The notes below the pieces were generated by a model, which saw only the letters and a program-made list of their open reading frames with translations, was not told the DNA's origin and made no database searches. From the human T2T-CHM13v2.0 reference genome, Homo sapiens, in the NCBI RefSeq assembly GCF_009914755.1, contig NC_060946.1: a stretch of DNA of 64,000 bases; one strand, written 5' to 3'. A program made the position numbers and the translations under genes. Positions within the stretch are counted from its first letter, which is position 1; each line of letters starts with the position of its first letter. This document shows positions 27,201-39,415 of this stretch, one piece after another.

Positions 27201-30200
27201 GAATGGTGAAATGAAATGTGAGCCTAGTTAGTGCCACTGCATGCCAGCCTGGGTAACAGAGTGAGATGCTGTCAAAAGAAAGGAATGGAATGGAATTCAC
27301 TGGAGTGGAGCAGAGTGGAGTGGAGTGGTGTGTAGTGGAATGGAGTGGATTGGAATGCCATGCAGTGGATTGCAATGGAGTGCAGTGGAGTCAAGTGGAC
27401 TGGAGTGGAATTGAGTGGAATGGAATGGGAAGGAATGGAATGGAGTGGAGTGGAGGGAATGGAGTTCACTGGAATGGAATGGAGTGGAATGGAATGGAAT
27501 GCAATGGAGTGGATTGGATTTCAGTGGAGTGGAGTGGAGTGGACTGGAATGGAATGGAATGGAATGGAATGGAATGGAATGGAATAGTGAAATGAAATGT
27601 AAGCTGAGATTCTACCACTGCACTCCAGACTGGGTGACAGAGTGACATCCTGTCGAATGTAAGGAATGGAAGGGAAAGAAGTGGAATGGAATGGAATGGA
27701 ATGTAGTGGAGTGGAGTGGAGTGGAATGAAATGGACTGGAAAGAAATTGAATGGAATGGAGTGTAGGGGAGTTGAAAGGAGCAGAGTGGAATGGAATGGA
27801 AGGGGATGGAAAAGAATGGAATGAAATTGATGGGAGTAGAGTGGAATGGTGGGGAGAGGAGTGGAGTGGTATGGAATTGAATGGAGTGGAGTGGAGAGGA
27901 GTGGAGTAGAGTGGACTGGAATGGAAAGGAATGGGGTCGAGTGGAGTGGAGTGGAGTGCAGTAGAGTGGAATGGAAGGTAGTGGAATGGAATTGAATGGA
28001 ATGGAAAGGAATGGAATGGAATAGAATGGAATGATGAAATGGAATATGAGTTGAGATTGTACCACTGCACTCCAGCGTGGGTGACAGAGTGAAATCCTGT
28101 TGAAAGAAAGGAATGGAATGGGAAGGAGTGGAATGGAATGGAAGGGAATGGAATGGAGTGCAGTGGAGTGGAGTGGAGTGGAGTGGAGTGCAGTATAGTG
28201 GAATGCAATGGGATGGAATGGAATGGAGTGGAGTGGAGTGGAGTGGAGTGAAGCAGAGTGGAATGGAATGGAATGGAATGGAATGGAATGGAATGGAATA
28301 GAATGGAATGGAATGGAATGGATTGGAATAGAATGGAATGGAAAGCAGTGGCATGGAGTGGAATGGAGTGAAGTGGAGTGGAGTGGAATTGAATGGAGTG
28401 TAGCGGAGTGGAGTGGAGTGGAATTGAATGGAGTGGAAAGGAATGGAATGGAGTGTAGCAGAGTGGAGAGGAGTGAAGTGGAATGGAATGGAGTGGGATG
28501 GAATCGATTGGAATGAAGTGGAGTTTAGTGGAGAGGAGTGGTGGGAAGTGTAGTGGAGTAGAATGAAATTGGATGGAATTGAATGGATTGGAGTGGAGTG
28601 ACGTGGAGAGGAGGAGAAGAGTGGAGTGGAATGGCATGCAATGAAATGGAATAGAGTGCAGTGGAGTGGAGTGGAGTGGAATGGAATGTAGTGGAAATGG
28701 ATTGAACGGAATGGAAAGGAATGGAATAGAATAGAATGGAATGGTGAAATGAAATATCAGCTGAGATTGTTCCACTGCACTCCAACATGTGTGACAGAGT
28801 GAAATCCTGTTGAAAGAAAGGAATGGAATGGAAAGGAGTGGAATGAATGAAACGGAATTGAGTGGAGTGGAGAGAAGTGGAGTACATTGGAGTACATTGG
28901 AATGAAATCGGATAGAATGGAATGGAGTGAAGTGAAGTGGAGTGGAGTGGAATGGAATGGAATGGAATGCAGAGGAGTGGAGTTCACTGGAGTGGAATGG
29001 AACACGATGGAATGGTATTGAATGGAATGGAATGGAATGCAATGGAGTGCAATGGAATGCAATGGAATGGGATGCAATGGAATGGAATCGAATGGTGAAA
29101 TTAAATGTAAGGTGAGATAGTGCCACTACATCCAGGTCTGGGTGACAGAGATCCTGTCGAAAGAAAGGAATGGAATGGAATGGAGTGAAAAGGAATGGAA
29201 TGGAATGGAGTGAAATGGAATGGAATGGAATGGAGTGGAGTGTAGTGGAGTGGAATGGAGTGGAATCGAATGGGATGGAGTGGAATGGAATGGAATGGAG
29301 TGGAGTGGAGAAGAATGGAGTGAAAAGAAATGGGATGGAATGGAATGGAGTGGAGTGGAATGGAGTGTAGTGGTGTGGAGTGCAGTTGATTAGAGTGTAG
29401 TGGAATGGACTGGAGTGGAGTGCAGTGGAATGGAGTGGAGTGGAATGGAAGGGAATGGAATGCAATGTAATGGTGAAATGAAATGTGAGATGAGATTGTG
29501 CAATGGTATTCCAGCCTTTTTTGACACAGTGAGATCCCATCAAAAGAAAGGGATGGCATAAAGTGGAGTAGAATAGAATGGAGTGGAATGGATTGGAGTG
29601 GGCTGGATTGGAGTGGAGTGCAGTGCAGTCGAGTGGAAAGGAGTGGAATGGAATGGGATGCAATGGAATGACATGGAGTGGAGTGGAGTGGAGTGGAGTG
29701 AATTGGAGTGAAGTAGAGAGGAATGGAGTGGAATTAAATGGGATGGAAAGGAATGGCATGGAGTTGAGTGGAATGGAGTGTAGTGGATTGGAGTGTAGTG
29801 GAGTGGATTGGAGTGTAGTAGAGTGGAATGGAATGGAATGGAATGGAATGGAATGCAATGGAATGGAATGGAATGGTAAAATGAAATGTGAACTGAGTTT
29901 GTGCCACTTAACGCCAGCCTGGGTGACAGAGACAGATCCTGTCAAAAGAAAGGAATGGAATGGGGTGGAGTGTAGTATAGTGGTTTGGAGTTCAATGGAG
30001 TGCAATGGAATGGGATGGAATGGAATGGAATGGAGTGCGGTGGAGTGGAGTGGAGTGGAGTGGAGTGGCATGGAGTGGAATGGAATGCGATGGAATGGAA
30101 TAAAGTAGAGTGGAGTTGAATGGAGTGGACTGGAGTGGAATGTAGTGGAATGGAATGGAATGAAGTGGAGTGGAGTGCAGTGGAGAGGGGTGAAGTGGAA

Positions 30201-33200
30201 TGGAGTGGAATGGAATGGAATGGAATGGAATGGAATGGAATGGAATGGAATGGAATGGAATAGTGAAATGAAATGTGACCTGAGATTCTGCCACTGCACT
30301 CCAGACTGTGTGACAGAGTGAAATCCTGTCGAATGTAAGGAATGGAATGGAATAGAGTGGAATGGAAAGGAAAGGAATGGAATGGAATGGAATGGAATGG
30401 AATGGAATGGAGAGGAGCAGAGCGGAATGGAGTGGAGTGGAATTGAACGGAATTGGAAGGAATCGAATGGAACGAAGTGGAACGGAGTGGAATGTAGAGA
30501 AGGGACGAGGAGTGGAAAGGAATAGTATTGGATGAAATGGAATGGAGTGGAGTGCATTGGGGTGAAGAAGAGTGGAATGGAATGGAATGGAATGGAGTGG
30601 AATGGAATGGAGTGGAGTGGAGTAGAGTGGATTGGGGTGGAGTGTAATGGAATAGAATGGAATGGAAAGGAAAAGAATGGAATAGAATGGAATGATGAAA
30701 TGAAATATGAGCTGAGATTGTGCCACTGCACTCCAGCCTGGGAGAAACAGTGAGATCCGGTCAAAGGAAAGGAATGGAATGGAAAGGAGTGGAATGGAAC
30801 GGAATGGAATGGAATGGAACGGAACGGAACGGAACGGAACGGAACGGAACGGAACGGAACGGAGTGGAGTGGAGTGGAGTGCAGTAGAGTGGAGTGCAGT
30901 ATAGTGAAATTGAATGGGATGGAATGGAATGGAATGGAGCAGAGTAGTGTGGAGAGGAGTGGAATGGAATTGAAAGGAATGGAATTGAAAGGAATGGAAT
31001 GGAGTGCAGTGGAGTGAAGTGGACTGGAGTGTGTAGGAGTGGAATGGAATGGGATGGAATGGAACTTAAAGAAACATAATGCAATTGAATGCAATGGAAT
31101 GGAATGCAATGGAAAGGAATGTGAAATGAAATGCTAGCGGATATAGTGCCACTGCACCCCAGGCTGGGTGACAGAATGAGACCTTGTCGAAAGAAAGGAA
31201 TGGAATTGAATGGAGTTGAATGGAATGGAATGGAGTGGAGTGGAGTGGAGCTGAGTGGAGTGGACTGGATTTGACTGGAGTTGAGTGGAGTGCAGTGGAA
31301 TGGAATGGGGTGGAGTGGAATGTAAAGGAGGGGTGAGGAGTGGTGTGGAGTGGAGTGAAGTGGAATCGAGTGGAATTCAATGGGATGGAATGGAGTGGAG
31401 TGGAGTGGAATAGATTGCAATGGAATGGAATGGAATGGAAGGGAATGTAATTGAGTGCAGAGGAGTTCATTGGAGTGGAATGGAATGCAGTGGAATGGGA
31501 AGGGATGTAATGTAATGTAATGGAATGGAATGGAGTGGAATGGAATGGAATGGAATCATGAAATGAAATGATAGCTGAGATTATGGCGCTTAACTCCATC
31601 CTGGGTGATGGAGTGAGATCATGTCGACAGAAAGGAATAGAACGGATTGGAGTGGAATGGAATGGAGTAGAATGCAGTGGAGTGGAGTGGAGTGGAATGG
31701 ACTGGAATGGAATGGATTAGAATGCAGTGGAGTGGAGTAGAGTGGAATGGACTGGAATGGAATGAGATGGGAAGGAGTGGAATGGGGTGGAGCAGAGTGG
31801 AGTGAAGTGGAATGCAATGGAGTGGAATGGAAAGGGATGGAATGGAATAGAGTGGAGAGGAGTGGAGTAGAGTGCAATGGAATGGAATGGAGTGGAGTGG
31901 AGTGGGGTGGAGTGGAGAGGAGTGGACTGGAATGGAATGGAATGGAATGGAGTGGAATAGAGTGGAATAGAATGGTGTAATGAAATCTGAGCTGAGATTA
32001 TGCCTCTGCACTCCATCCTGGGTGACAGAGTGAGATCCTGTCGAAAGAAAGCAATGGAATGGATTGGAGTGGAATGCAATGGAATGGAATGGAACGGAAA
32101 GGAATGGAATGGAATGGAAAGGAGGGAATGGAATAGAATGGAGTGGGGTGGAGTGGAATGGAGTTGAATGGAATGGGATGTAATGAAATGGAGTGTAATG
32201 GACTGGACTGGAGTGGAATGGAGTTGAGTAGAGTGGAAGGGACTGGAATGGAATGGGATGGAATGGAATGGAATGGAGTGGAGTGGAGTGGGGTGGAAAG
32301 GAATGGGATGGAGTTGAGTGGAGTGGAGTGAAATGGAGTAGAATGGAAAGGAATGGAGTGGAGTGGAGTTGAATGGAATGGAATGGAATGAAATTGAATG
32401 CAATAATGAAATGAAACGTGAGGTGTTATTGTGCTACCGCACTCCCGCCTTGGTGACAGAGTGAGATCTTCTTGAAAGAAAGGAATTGAATGGAATGGAG
32501 TGGAATGGAATGGAATGGAATGCAGTGGATGGAGTGGAGTGGAATAGAGTGGAACGGAATGTGATGGAGTGGAATGGAATGGAGTGGAGTGGAGTGGAAT
32601 TGAGTGGAATGGAAAGGGATGGAATGGAATGGAATGGGGAGGAGTGGAGTGGAAGGGAGTTGAGTGGAGTGGGGAGGAATGGAATGGAATGGAATGGAGT
32701 GGAGTAGAGTGGCGTGGAGTGGAGTGGAGTAGAGTGGAGTATAGTGGAGTGGAGTGGAGTATAGTGGAGTGGAATGGAGTATAGTGGAATGGAGTGGAAT
32801 GGAATGGAATGGAATTAAGTGGAGTGGAGTGCAGTGGAATGGAATGGAATGGAATGGAATGGAATGGAAAGGAATTGAAAGGAATGGAATGCAGTGGAGT
32901 GGAGTGGAGTTCACAGAAGTGGAATAGAATTGAATGGAATGCAATGGAATGGAATGCAATGCAATGGAAAGGAATGGAATGCAATGGAATGAAATGGAAT
33001 GGAATGCAATGGAATGCAAAGGAATGGATGGTGAAATTTAATGTGAGCTGAGATAGTGCCACTGCACTCCAGCCAGGGTGACACAGTGAGAGTCTGTCGA
33101 CAGAAAGGAATGGAATGGAAAGCAGTGAAACGAATGGAATGGAATAGAATGGAGTGGAGGGGAGGGGAGTGGAGTGGAGTGGACTGGAGTGAAATGGAGT

Positions 33201-36200
33201 CGAATGGAATGGGATGGAGTGAAATGGAATGGAGTGGAGTGGACTAGAGTGAAATAGAGTGGAAAGGAATTGGATGGAATGGAATGCAATGGAATAGTGA
33301 AAAGAAATTTGAGCTGAGATTGTGCCACTGCACTCCAGCCTTTGTGAAAGAGTGAGATCCTGTGGAAAGAAAGGAATGTGATGGAATGGAGTGGAATTGT
33401 ATGGAATGGAATGGAGTGAAGTGGAGTGGAGTGGAGTCGAGTGCAATGGAGTGGAATGGAATGGGATGGAAAGGAATGGCATGGAGTGGAGTAGAGAGGA
33501 GTGGATTGGAGTGGAGTAGATTAGCATGGAATGGAATGGAATGGGATGGAATTGAATGCCATGGAATGAGGTGGAGTGGAGTGGACTGGATGGAGTGGAC
33601 TGGATTGGAGTGGAGTAGAGTGTAATGGAGTGGAGTGGAATGGAATGGAATGGAATGGAATGCAGTGGAAAGCAATGGAATGGAATGCTATGGAATAGAT
33701 TGGAATGGAGTGGTGAAATGAAATGTGAGCTGAATTTGTGCCAATGCCCGCCAGTCTGGTTGACAGGGTTACATGCTGTCAAAAGAAAGGAATGGAATAG
33801 AATGAATTGGAGTGGAGCTGAGTGGAGTGGAGTGGTGTGGAGTGGAATGGAGTGGAATGGAATGGGATGGAGTGGAATGGAATGGAGTGTATTAAGTGGA
33901 GTGGCATGGAGTGAAATGCAGTGGAATGGAACGCGATGGAATGGGATGGAATGGAATGGAGTGGAGTGGAGTGGAATAGAGTGGAATAGAGTGGAATGGA
34001 GTGGAATGTAATGGAATGGAATGGAGTGGATTGGAGTGCAGTGAAGTGGAGTGGAATGGAATGGAATGGAATAGTGAAATGAAATGTAAGGTGGGATTCT
34101 GCCACTGCACTCCAGACTGGGTGACAGAGTGACATCCTGTCGAATGTGAGGAATGGAGCGGAATGGAGTGGAATGGAATGTAGTGGAGTGGAGTGGAATG
34201 GAACGGAGTGGAAAGGAATGGAACGGAATGGAGTGGAGCGGAGTGGAGAGGAGTGGAGTTGAATGGAATGGAATGGGATGGAATCGAATGGAATGAAGTG
34301 GAGGGGAGTGGAGTGGAGTGTTGTGGAGAGGAGTGGAGTGGTATGGAATTGGATGGAATTGAATGGAGTTCAGTGGAGTTGGGTGGAGAGGAATGGAGTA
34401 CACTGGAGTGGAATTGAATGGAATGGAATGGAGTGGAGTTGAGTGAAGTGGAGTGGAGTGGAGTGGAATGCAATGTAGTGGAATGGAATTGAATGGAATG
34501 GAAAAGAATGGAATGGAATAGAATGGAATGATGAAATGAAATATGAGCTGAGATTGTGCCACTGCACTCCAGCAGGGTGACAGAGTGAAATCCTGTTGAA
34601 AGAAAGGAATGGAATGGAAAGGACTGGAATGCAATGGAATGGAATAGAGTGGAGTGGAGTATACTGGAAGGGAGTGGAATGGAATGGGATGGAATGGAAT
34701 GGAGAGGAATACACTGGAGTGTAGTGGAGTGGAATGGAATGGAATGGAATGGAATGGAATGCAGTGGAGTTTAGTTCACAAGAGCGGAATGGAATGGGAT
34801 GGAATGGAATGGAATGCAATGGAATGGAATGCAATGGAATGGAATAAAATGGAATGCAATGGAAGGGAATTGTGAAATTAAATGTTAGCTGAGATAGTGC
34901 CACTGCACTCCAGCCTGTGTGACAGAGTGAGATCCTGTCGAAAGAAATTAATGGAATGTAAAGGTGTGAAGTATGATGGAATGGAAGGAAATGGAATGGA
35001 GTGTAGTGTAGTGTAGTGGAATGGAGCGTAATGGAGTGGAATGGAATGGGATGGAGTGGAATGGAATGGAGTGGAATGGAGTGGATTGAATTGGAGTAGA
35101 GTGGAGTTGACTGGATTGAAGTGGAATGGAGTGGAGTGGAGTGGAATGGAATGGAATGGAATGGAATGGAATGGAATGGAATGGAGGGGAGTGGAGGGAG
35201 GTGGAGGGGAATGGAGTGGAGTGGAGTGGAATGGTGAAATAAAATGTGAGCTGAGATTGTGCCACTGTGTTCCAGCCTTTTTTGACATAGTGAGATCCCA
35301 TCAAAAGAAAGGACTGGAATGGAATGGGGTGGAATGGAATGGAGTAGAATGGAACGGAGTGGAGTGGGTTGGAGTGGAGTGCATTGGAGTGGAGTGGAGT
35401 CAAGTGAAATGGAGTGAAATGGAATGGAAGGGAATGGAATGGCATGTAGTGGAGTGGGGTGGAGTGAATTTGAGTAGAGTAGGGTGGAATGGAGTGGAAT
35501 GGAGTGGAATGGAATGGGATGGAAGGGAATGGCATGGAGTGGAGTGGAATGGAGTGGATTAGAGTGGAGTAGAGTGGAATGGAAAGGAACGGAATTAAAT
35601 GGAATGGAATGGAATGGTATGGAATGGAATGGAATGCAATGGAATTGAATGGAATGCAATGGAATGGAATGGAATGGAATGGAATGGAATGGAATGGAAT
35701 GGAATGGAATGGAATGGAATGGAATGGTGAAATGAAATGTGAGCTCAGTTTGTGCCACTGCACGCCAGCCTGGGTGACAGAATGAGATCCTGTCGAAAGA
35801 AACGAATGGAATGGAATGGAGTGGAGTGTAGAGGTGTGGAGTGATGTGGAGTGGAATGGAGTGGAATGGAATGGGATGGATTTGAATAGAAGGAGTGTAG
35901 TGGAGTAGATTGGAGTGGAGTGGAGTGGAATGGAGTGGAATGGAATGGAATTGAATGGAATGGAATGGAATGGAATGTTGTGTAGTGTATTGGAATGGAG
36001 TGGAATGGAGTGAAATAGAGTGTAATGTAATGTAGTGGAATGGAGTGGAGTGGAGTGCAGTGGAGAAGGGTGTAGGGGAATGGAATGGAATAATGAAATG
36101 AAATGTGAGCTGAGATACTCCCACTGCACTCCAGACTGTGTGACAGAATGAGATCCTGTCGAATGGAATTGAATAGAGTGGAATGAAATGGAGTGCAGTG

Positions 36201-38672
36201 GAGTGGAGCAGAGTGGAGTGGAGTGGAGTGGAATGGAATGGAATGGGATGGAATCAAATGGTATGAAGTGGAGGGGAATGGAATTGAGTGGAGGGACGAG
36301 GAGTGGAATGGAATGGAATTGGATGGAATGGGATGGAGTGGAGTGGAGTGGGGTGGAGAGTAGTGGAGTAGAGTGGAATGGAATGGAGTGGAGTGGAGTA
36401 GAGTGGATTGGAGTGTAATGGAATAGAATGGAATGGATAGGAATGGAATGGTATAGAATGGAATGATGAAATGAAATATGAGCTGAGATTGTGCCACTGC
36501 ACTCCAGCCTGGGTGACAGAGTGAGATCCTGTCAAAGGAAAGGAATGGAATGGAAAGGAGTGGAATGGAATGGAATGGAATGGAATGGAATGGATTGATT
36601 GGAGTGCAGTGGAGTAGAGGTGAGTGGAGTTCACAGTAGTGCAATGGAATGGAATGGAGTGGAGTCGAGTGCAGTGGAGTGGGTTGGAATGGAATGGAGT
36701 GGAATGGAATGGGATGGAATGGAATGGAGTGGAGTGGAGTGGAGTTCACAGGAGTGCAATGGAATGGGATGGAATGGAATTGAATGGAATGGAATGGAAT
36801 ACAATGGAGTGGAATGCAATGGAATGCAATCGAATGGAATTGTGAAATTAAATGTGAGCTGAGATAGTGCCACTGCACTCCAGCCTGTGTGACAGAGTGA
36901 GATCCTGTTGAAAGAAATTAGTGGAATGTAAGAGAATAAATTATACTGGAATGGAATGGATTGGAGTGGAGTGGAGAGGAATGGAGCTTAATGGAGTGGA
37001 AGGGAATGGGAAGGAGTGGAATGGAATGGAGTGGAGTGGAGTGGAGTGGAGTGGAGTGGAGTGGAGAGAAATGAGGTAAAATGCAATGGGATGGACTGGA
37101 ATGGAGTGGAGTGGAGTGGAGTGAATTGGAATGGAGTGGATTTGACTGGATTGCAGTGGAATGAAGTGGAGTGGAATGGAATGGAATGGAATGGAGGGGA
37201 GTGGAGTGGAGTTGAGGGGAATGGAGTGGAGTGGAATGGAGTGGAATGGAATGGAATGGAATGGTGAAATAAAATGTGAGCTGAGATTGTGCCACTGTGT
37301 TCCAGCCTTTTTTTGACACAGTGAGAGCCCGTCAAAGGAAAGGAATGGAATGGAATATGGTGGAATGGAATGGAGTGGAGTGGATTGGAGTCGAGTGGAG
37401 TGGAGTCAAGTGGAACAGAGTGGAATGGAATAGGATGGAATCGAATGGCATGTAGTGGAGTGGGATGGAGTGAATTTCAGTGGATTAGGGTGGAATGGAG
37501 TGGAATGGAATGGGATGGAAGGGAATGGCATGGAGTGTAGTGGAGTGGACTGGAGTGGGTTAGAATGGAATTGAATGGAATGGTATGGAATGGAATGGAA
37601 TGGAATGCAATGGAATGGAATGGTGAAATTGAATGTGAGCTGAGATAGTGCCACTCCACTCCAGCCTGGGTGACAGATTGAGATCCTGTCAAAAGAAAGG
37701 AATGGAATTGAATGGAGGGGAATGGAATGGGATGGAGTGGGGTGGAGTGGAGTGGAGTGGAGGGGACTGGATTTGAGTGGAGTCTAGTGGAACAGAGTGG
37801 AATGGAATGGGGTGGAGTGGAACGGAATGGAATGGAGAGGAGTGGTGTGGAGTGGAGTGGATTGGAATTCAATGGGATGGAATGGTATGGAGTGGAGTGG
37901 AATGGAGTGGAGTGGAATGGAATGGAATGGAATGGAATTGGAATGGAATGGAATGGAATGGAGAGGAGAGGAATGGAGTGGAATGTAGTGTAATTGGAAA
38001 GGATGGAATGGAATGGAATGCCATGGAATAGAATTAGGAATAGAATGGAATGATGTGGAATGGAATGGAGTAGAATTCAGTGGAGTGGAGTGGAGTGGAG
38101 TGGAATGTAATGTAATGGAATGGGATGGGATGGAGTGGAATGGAATGGAGTGGAGTGGAGTGGAGTGGAATGGAGTGGAATGCAATGGGATGTGATGGAA
38201 TGGAGTGGAGTGGAGTTGAGTGGATTGAAATAGAATGGAATGGAGTGGAGAGGAGTGTAGTGGAATGGAATGGAATGGAATGGAATAGAAGGGAATAGAA
38301 TGGTGAAATGAAATGTGAGCTGAGATTGTGCCACTGCACTCCATCCTGGGTGACAAGTGAGATTCTATCGAAAGAAAGGAATGGAACGGATTAGAGTGGA
38401 ATGGAATGGAGTGGGGTAGAGTGGAGTGGAGTGTAGTGGAGTAGAGTGGAATAAAGAGGAATGGAATGGGATGTAATGGAAAGGAATGCAGTGGAGTGGA
38501 GTAAAGTGGAGTGGAGCGGAGTGGAGTGGTGTGGAGTGGAGTGGAGTGGAGTGGAATGGAATGGAATGGAATGGAATGGAATGGAATGGAATGGCACGGT
38601 GAAATGAAATGTGGGCTGAGATTGTGCCACTTCACTACAGCCTGGATGACGGAGTGAGTTCCTGAAGAAATA
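18203..38672 (+). repeat. Type-B Alu-derived punctuation units inside the satellite (about 50 copies), closer to Alu consensus
   Basis: Recurrent ggtgaaatgaaat-GTGAGCTGAGATTGTGCCACTGCACTCCAGCCTGGGTGACAGAGTGAGATCCTGTCGAAAGAAA; a clean example is at 36479-36540. Spacing is mostly about 200-700 bp. Confidence 0.92.
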
Positions 38673-38818
38673 AAATAATGTAATAGAATGGATTGGAATG
38701 AAATGGAATGGAGTGTAGTGGACTGGAGTAGAGTGGAATGGAGTGGAGTAGAGTGGAAGGGAATGGAATGAAATGAGATGGAATGGAATGGAATGGAATA
38801 GAATGGAGTGGAGTGGAG

Positions 38819-39162
38819 TGCAAAAATCCTCAATAAAATACTAGCAAGCCGAATCCAGCAGCAAATCAAAAAGCTTATCCACCATGATCAAATGGGTTTC
38901 ATCCCTGGGATGCAAGGCTGGTACAACATACGCAAATCAGTAAACGTAATCCATCATATAAACAGAACCAACGTCAAAAACCACGATTATCTCAATAGAT
39001 GCAGAAAAGCCCTTTGACAAAATTCAACAACCTTCATGCTAAAAACTCTCAATAAATTAGATATTGATGGGACGTATCTCAAAATATTAAGAGCTATTTA
39101 TGACAAACCCGCAGCCAATATCATACTGAATGGGCAAAACCTGAAAGCATTCCCTTTGAAAA
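38819..39162 (+). mobile_element. Internal L1PA ORF2 (RT-region) fragment, no poly(A) tail or TSD, joined directly to the satellite
   Basis: Translates as [34 protein letters not shown] and [42 protein letters not shown]. Homologous to 59328-59674 of the full-length L1 in this window. Confidence 0.95.
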
Positions 39163-39169
39163 TCTCAGT

Positions 39170-39415
39170 TACCTTTCTTTTGGATATGTGTGTGAGGAAA
39201 GAGTACCTACAAACTACCCTTTTAGTTAAATGCCATATACAATAAATATTAATACCTACAGTCCTCATGTTGTACATTAGAGCCCTCAATTTGTTAATTC
39301 TACATATCTGCAACTTTGCATCCTTCGAATTCTCTATCTCCATTTTCTCTTCTCACCCCCAGCCCCTAGTAACCACTGTTTTATACTCTATCTCTGCATA
39401 TTTACCTTTTTGCTG
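39170..39415 (-). mobile_element. Old L1M (L1MA-like) 3'-region fragment
   Basis: acagtcctcatgttgtacattagagccctc...tctgcaactttgcatcct...cccccagcccctagtaaccactgttttatactct resembles the antisense L1MA 3' UTR as I recall it. Confidence 0.6.

Larger units (their letters stand above)
1..38820 (+). repeat. Diverged HSat3-like satellite array, (GGAAT/GGAGT)n, purine-rich strand on +; runs off the left edge of the window
   Basis: Continuous pentamer periodicity of GGAAT mixed with abundant GGAGT and variants (GGACT, GCAGT, GGATT, GGAAC). One orientation throughout, ending sharply at ...gagtggagtg|caaaaatcct. Confidence 0.96.

Noticed and set aside
836-38672. CRISPR-like look (conserved ~60-nt repeat with variable spacers)
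   Set aside because: The repeat is Alu-derived, the spacers are satellite of widely varying length (hundreds of bp) and are mutually related, there are no cas genes, and the context is primate.
836-38672. Stubs as 7SL/Alu small RNA genes or independent Alu insertions
   Set aside because: No Pol III A/B boxes, no individual TSDs or real poly(A) tails, and the copies share breakpoints and mutations.
1-38820. Telomeric repeat, alpha satellite or HSat2
   Set aside because: No TTAGGG runs, no 171-bp monomer or CENP-B box, and the HSat2-type GAATCATC/CATTCGATTC periodicity is not dominant.
70-38869. Hundreds of ORFs, up to 1165 aa, of HSIPF/HSTPL or MEWNG/VEWSG repeats
   Set aside because: Pure CATTC/CACTC and GGAAT/GGAGT repeats contain no stop codons, so long ORFs appear in all frames on both strands. 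There is no domain content or frame preference.
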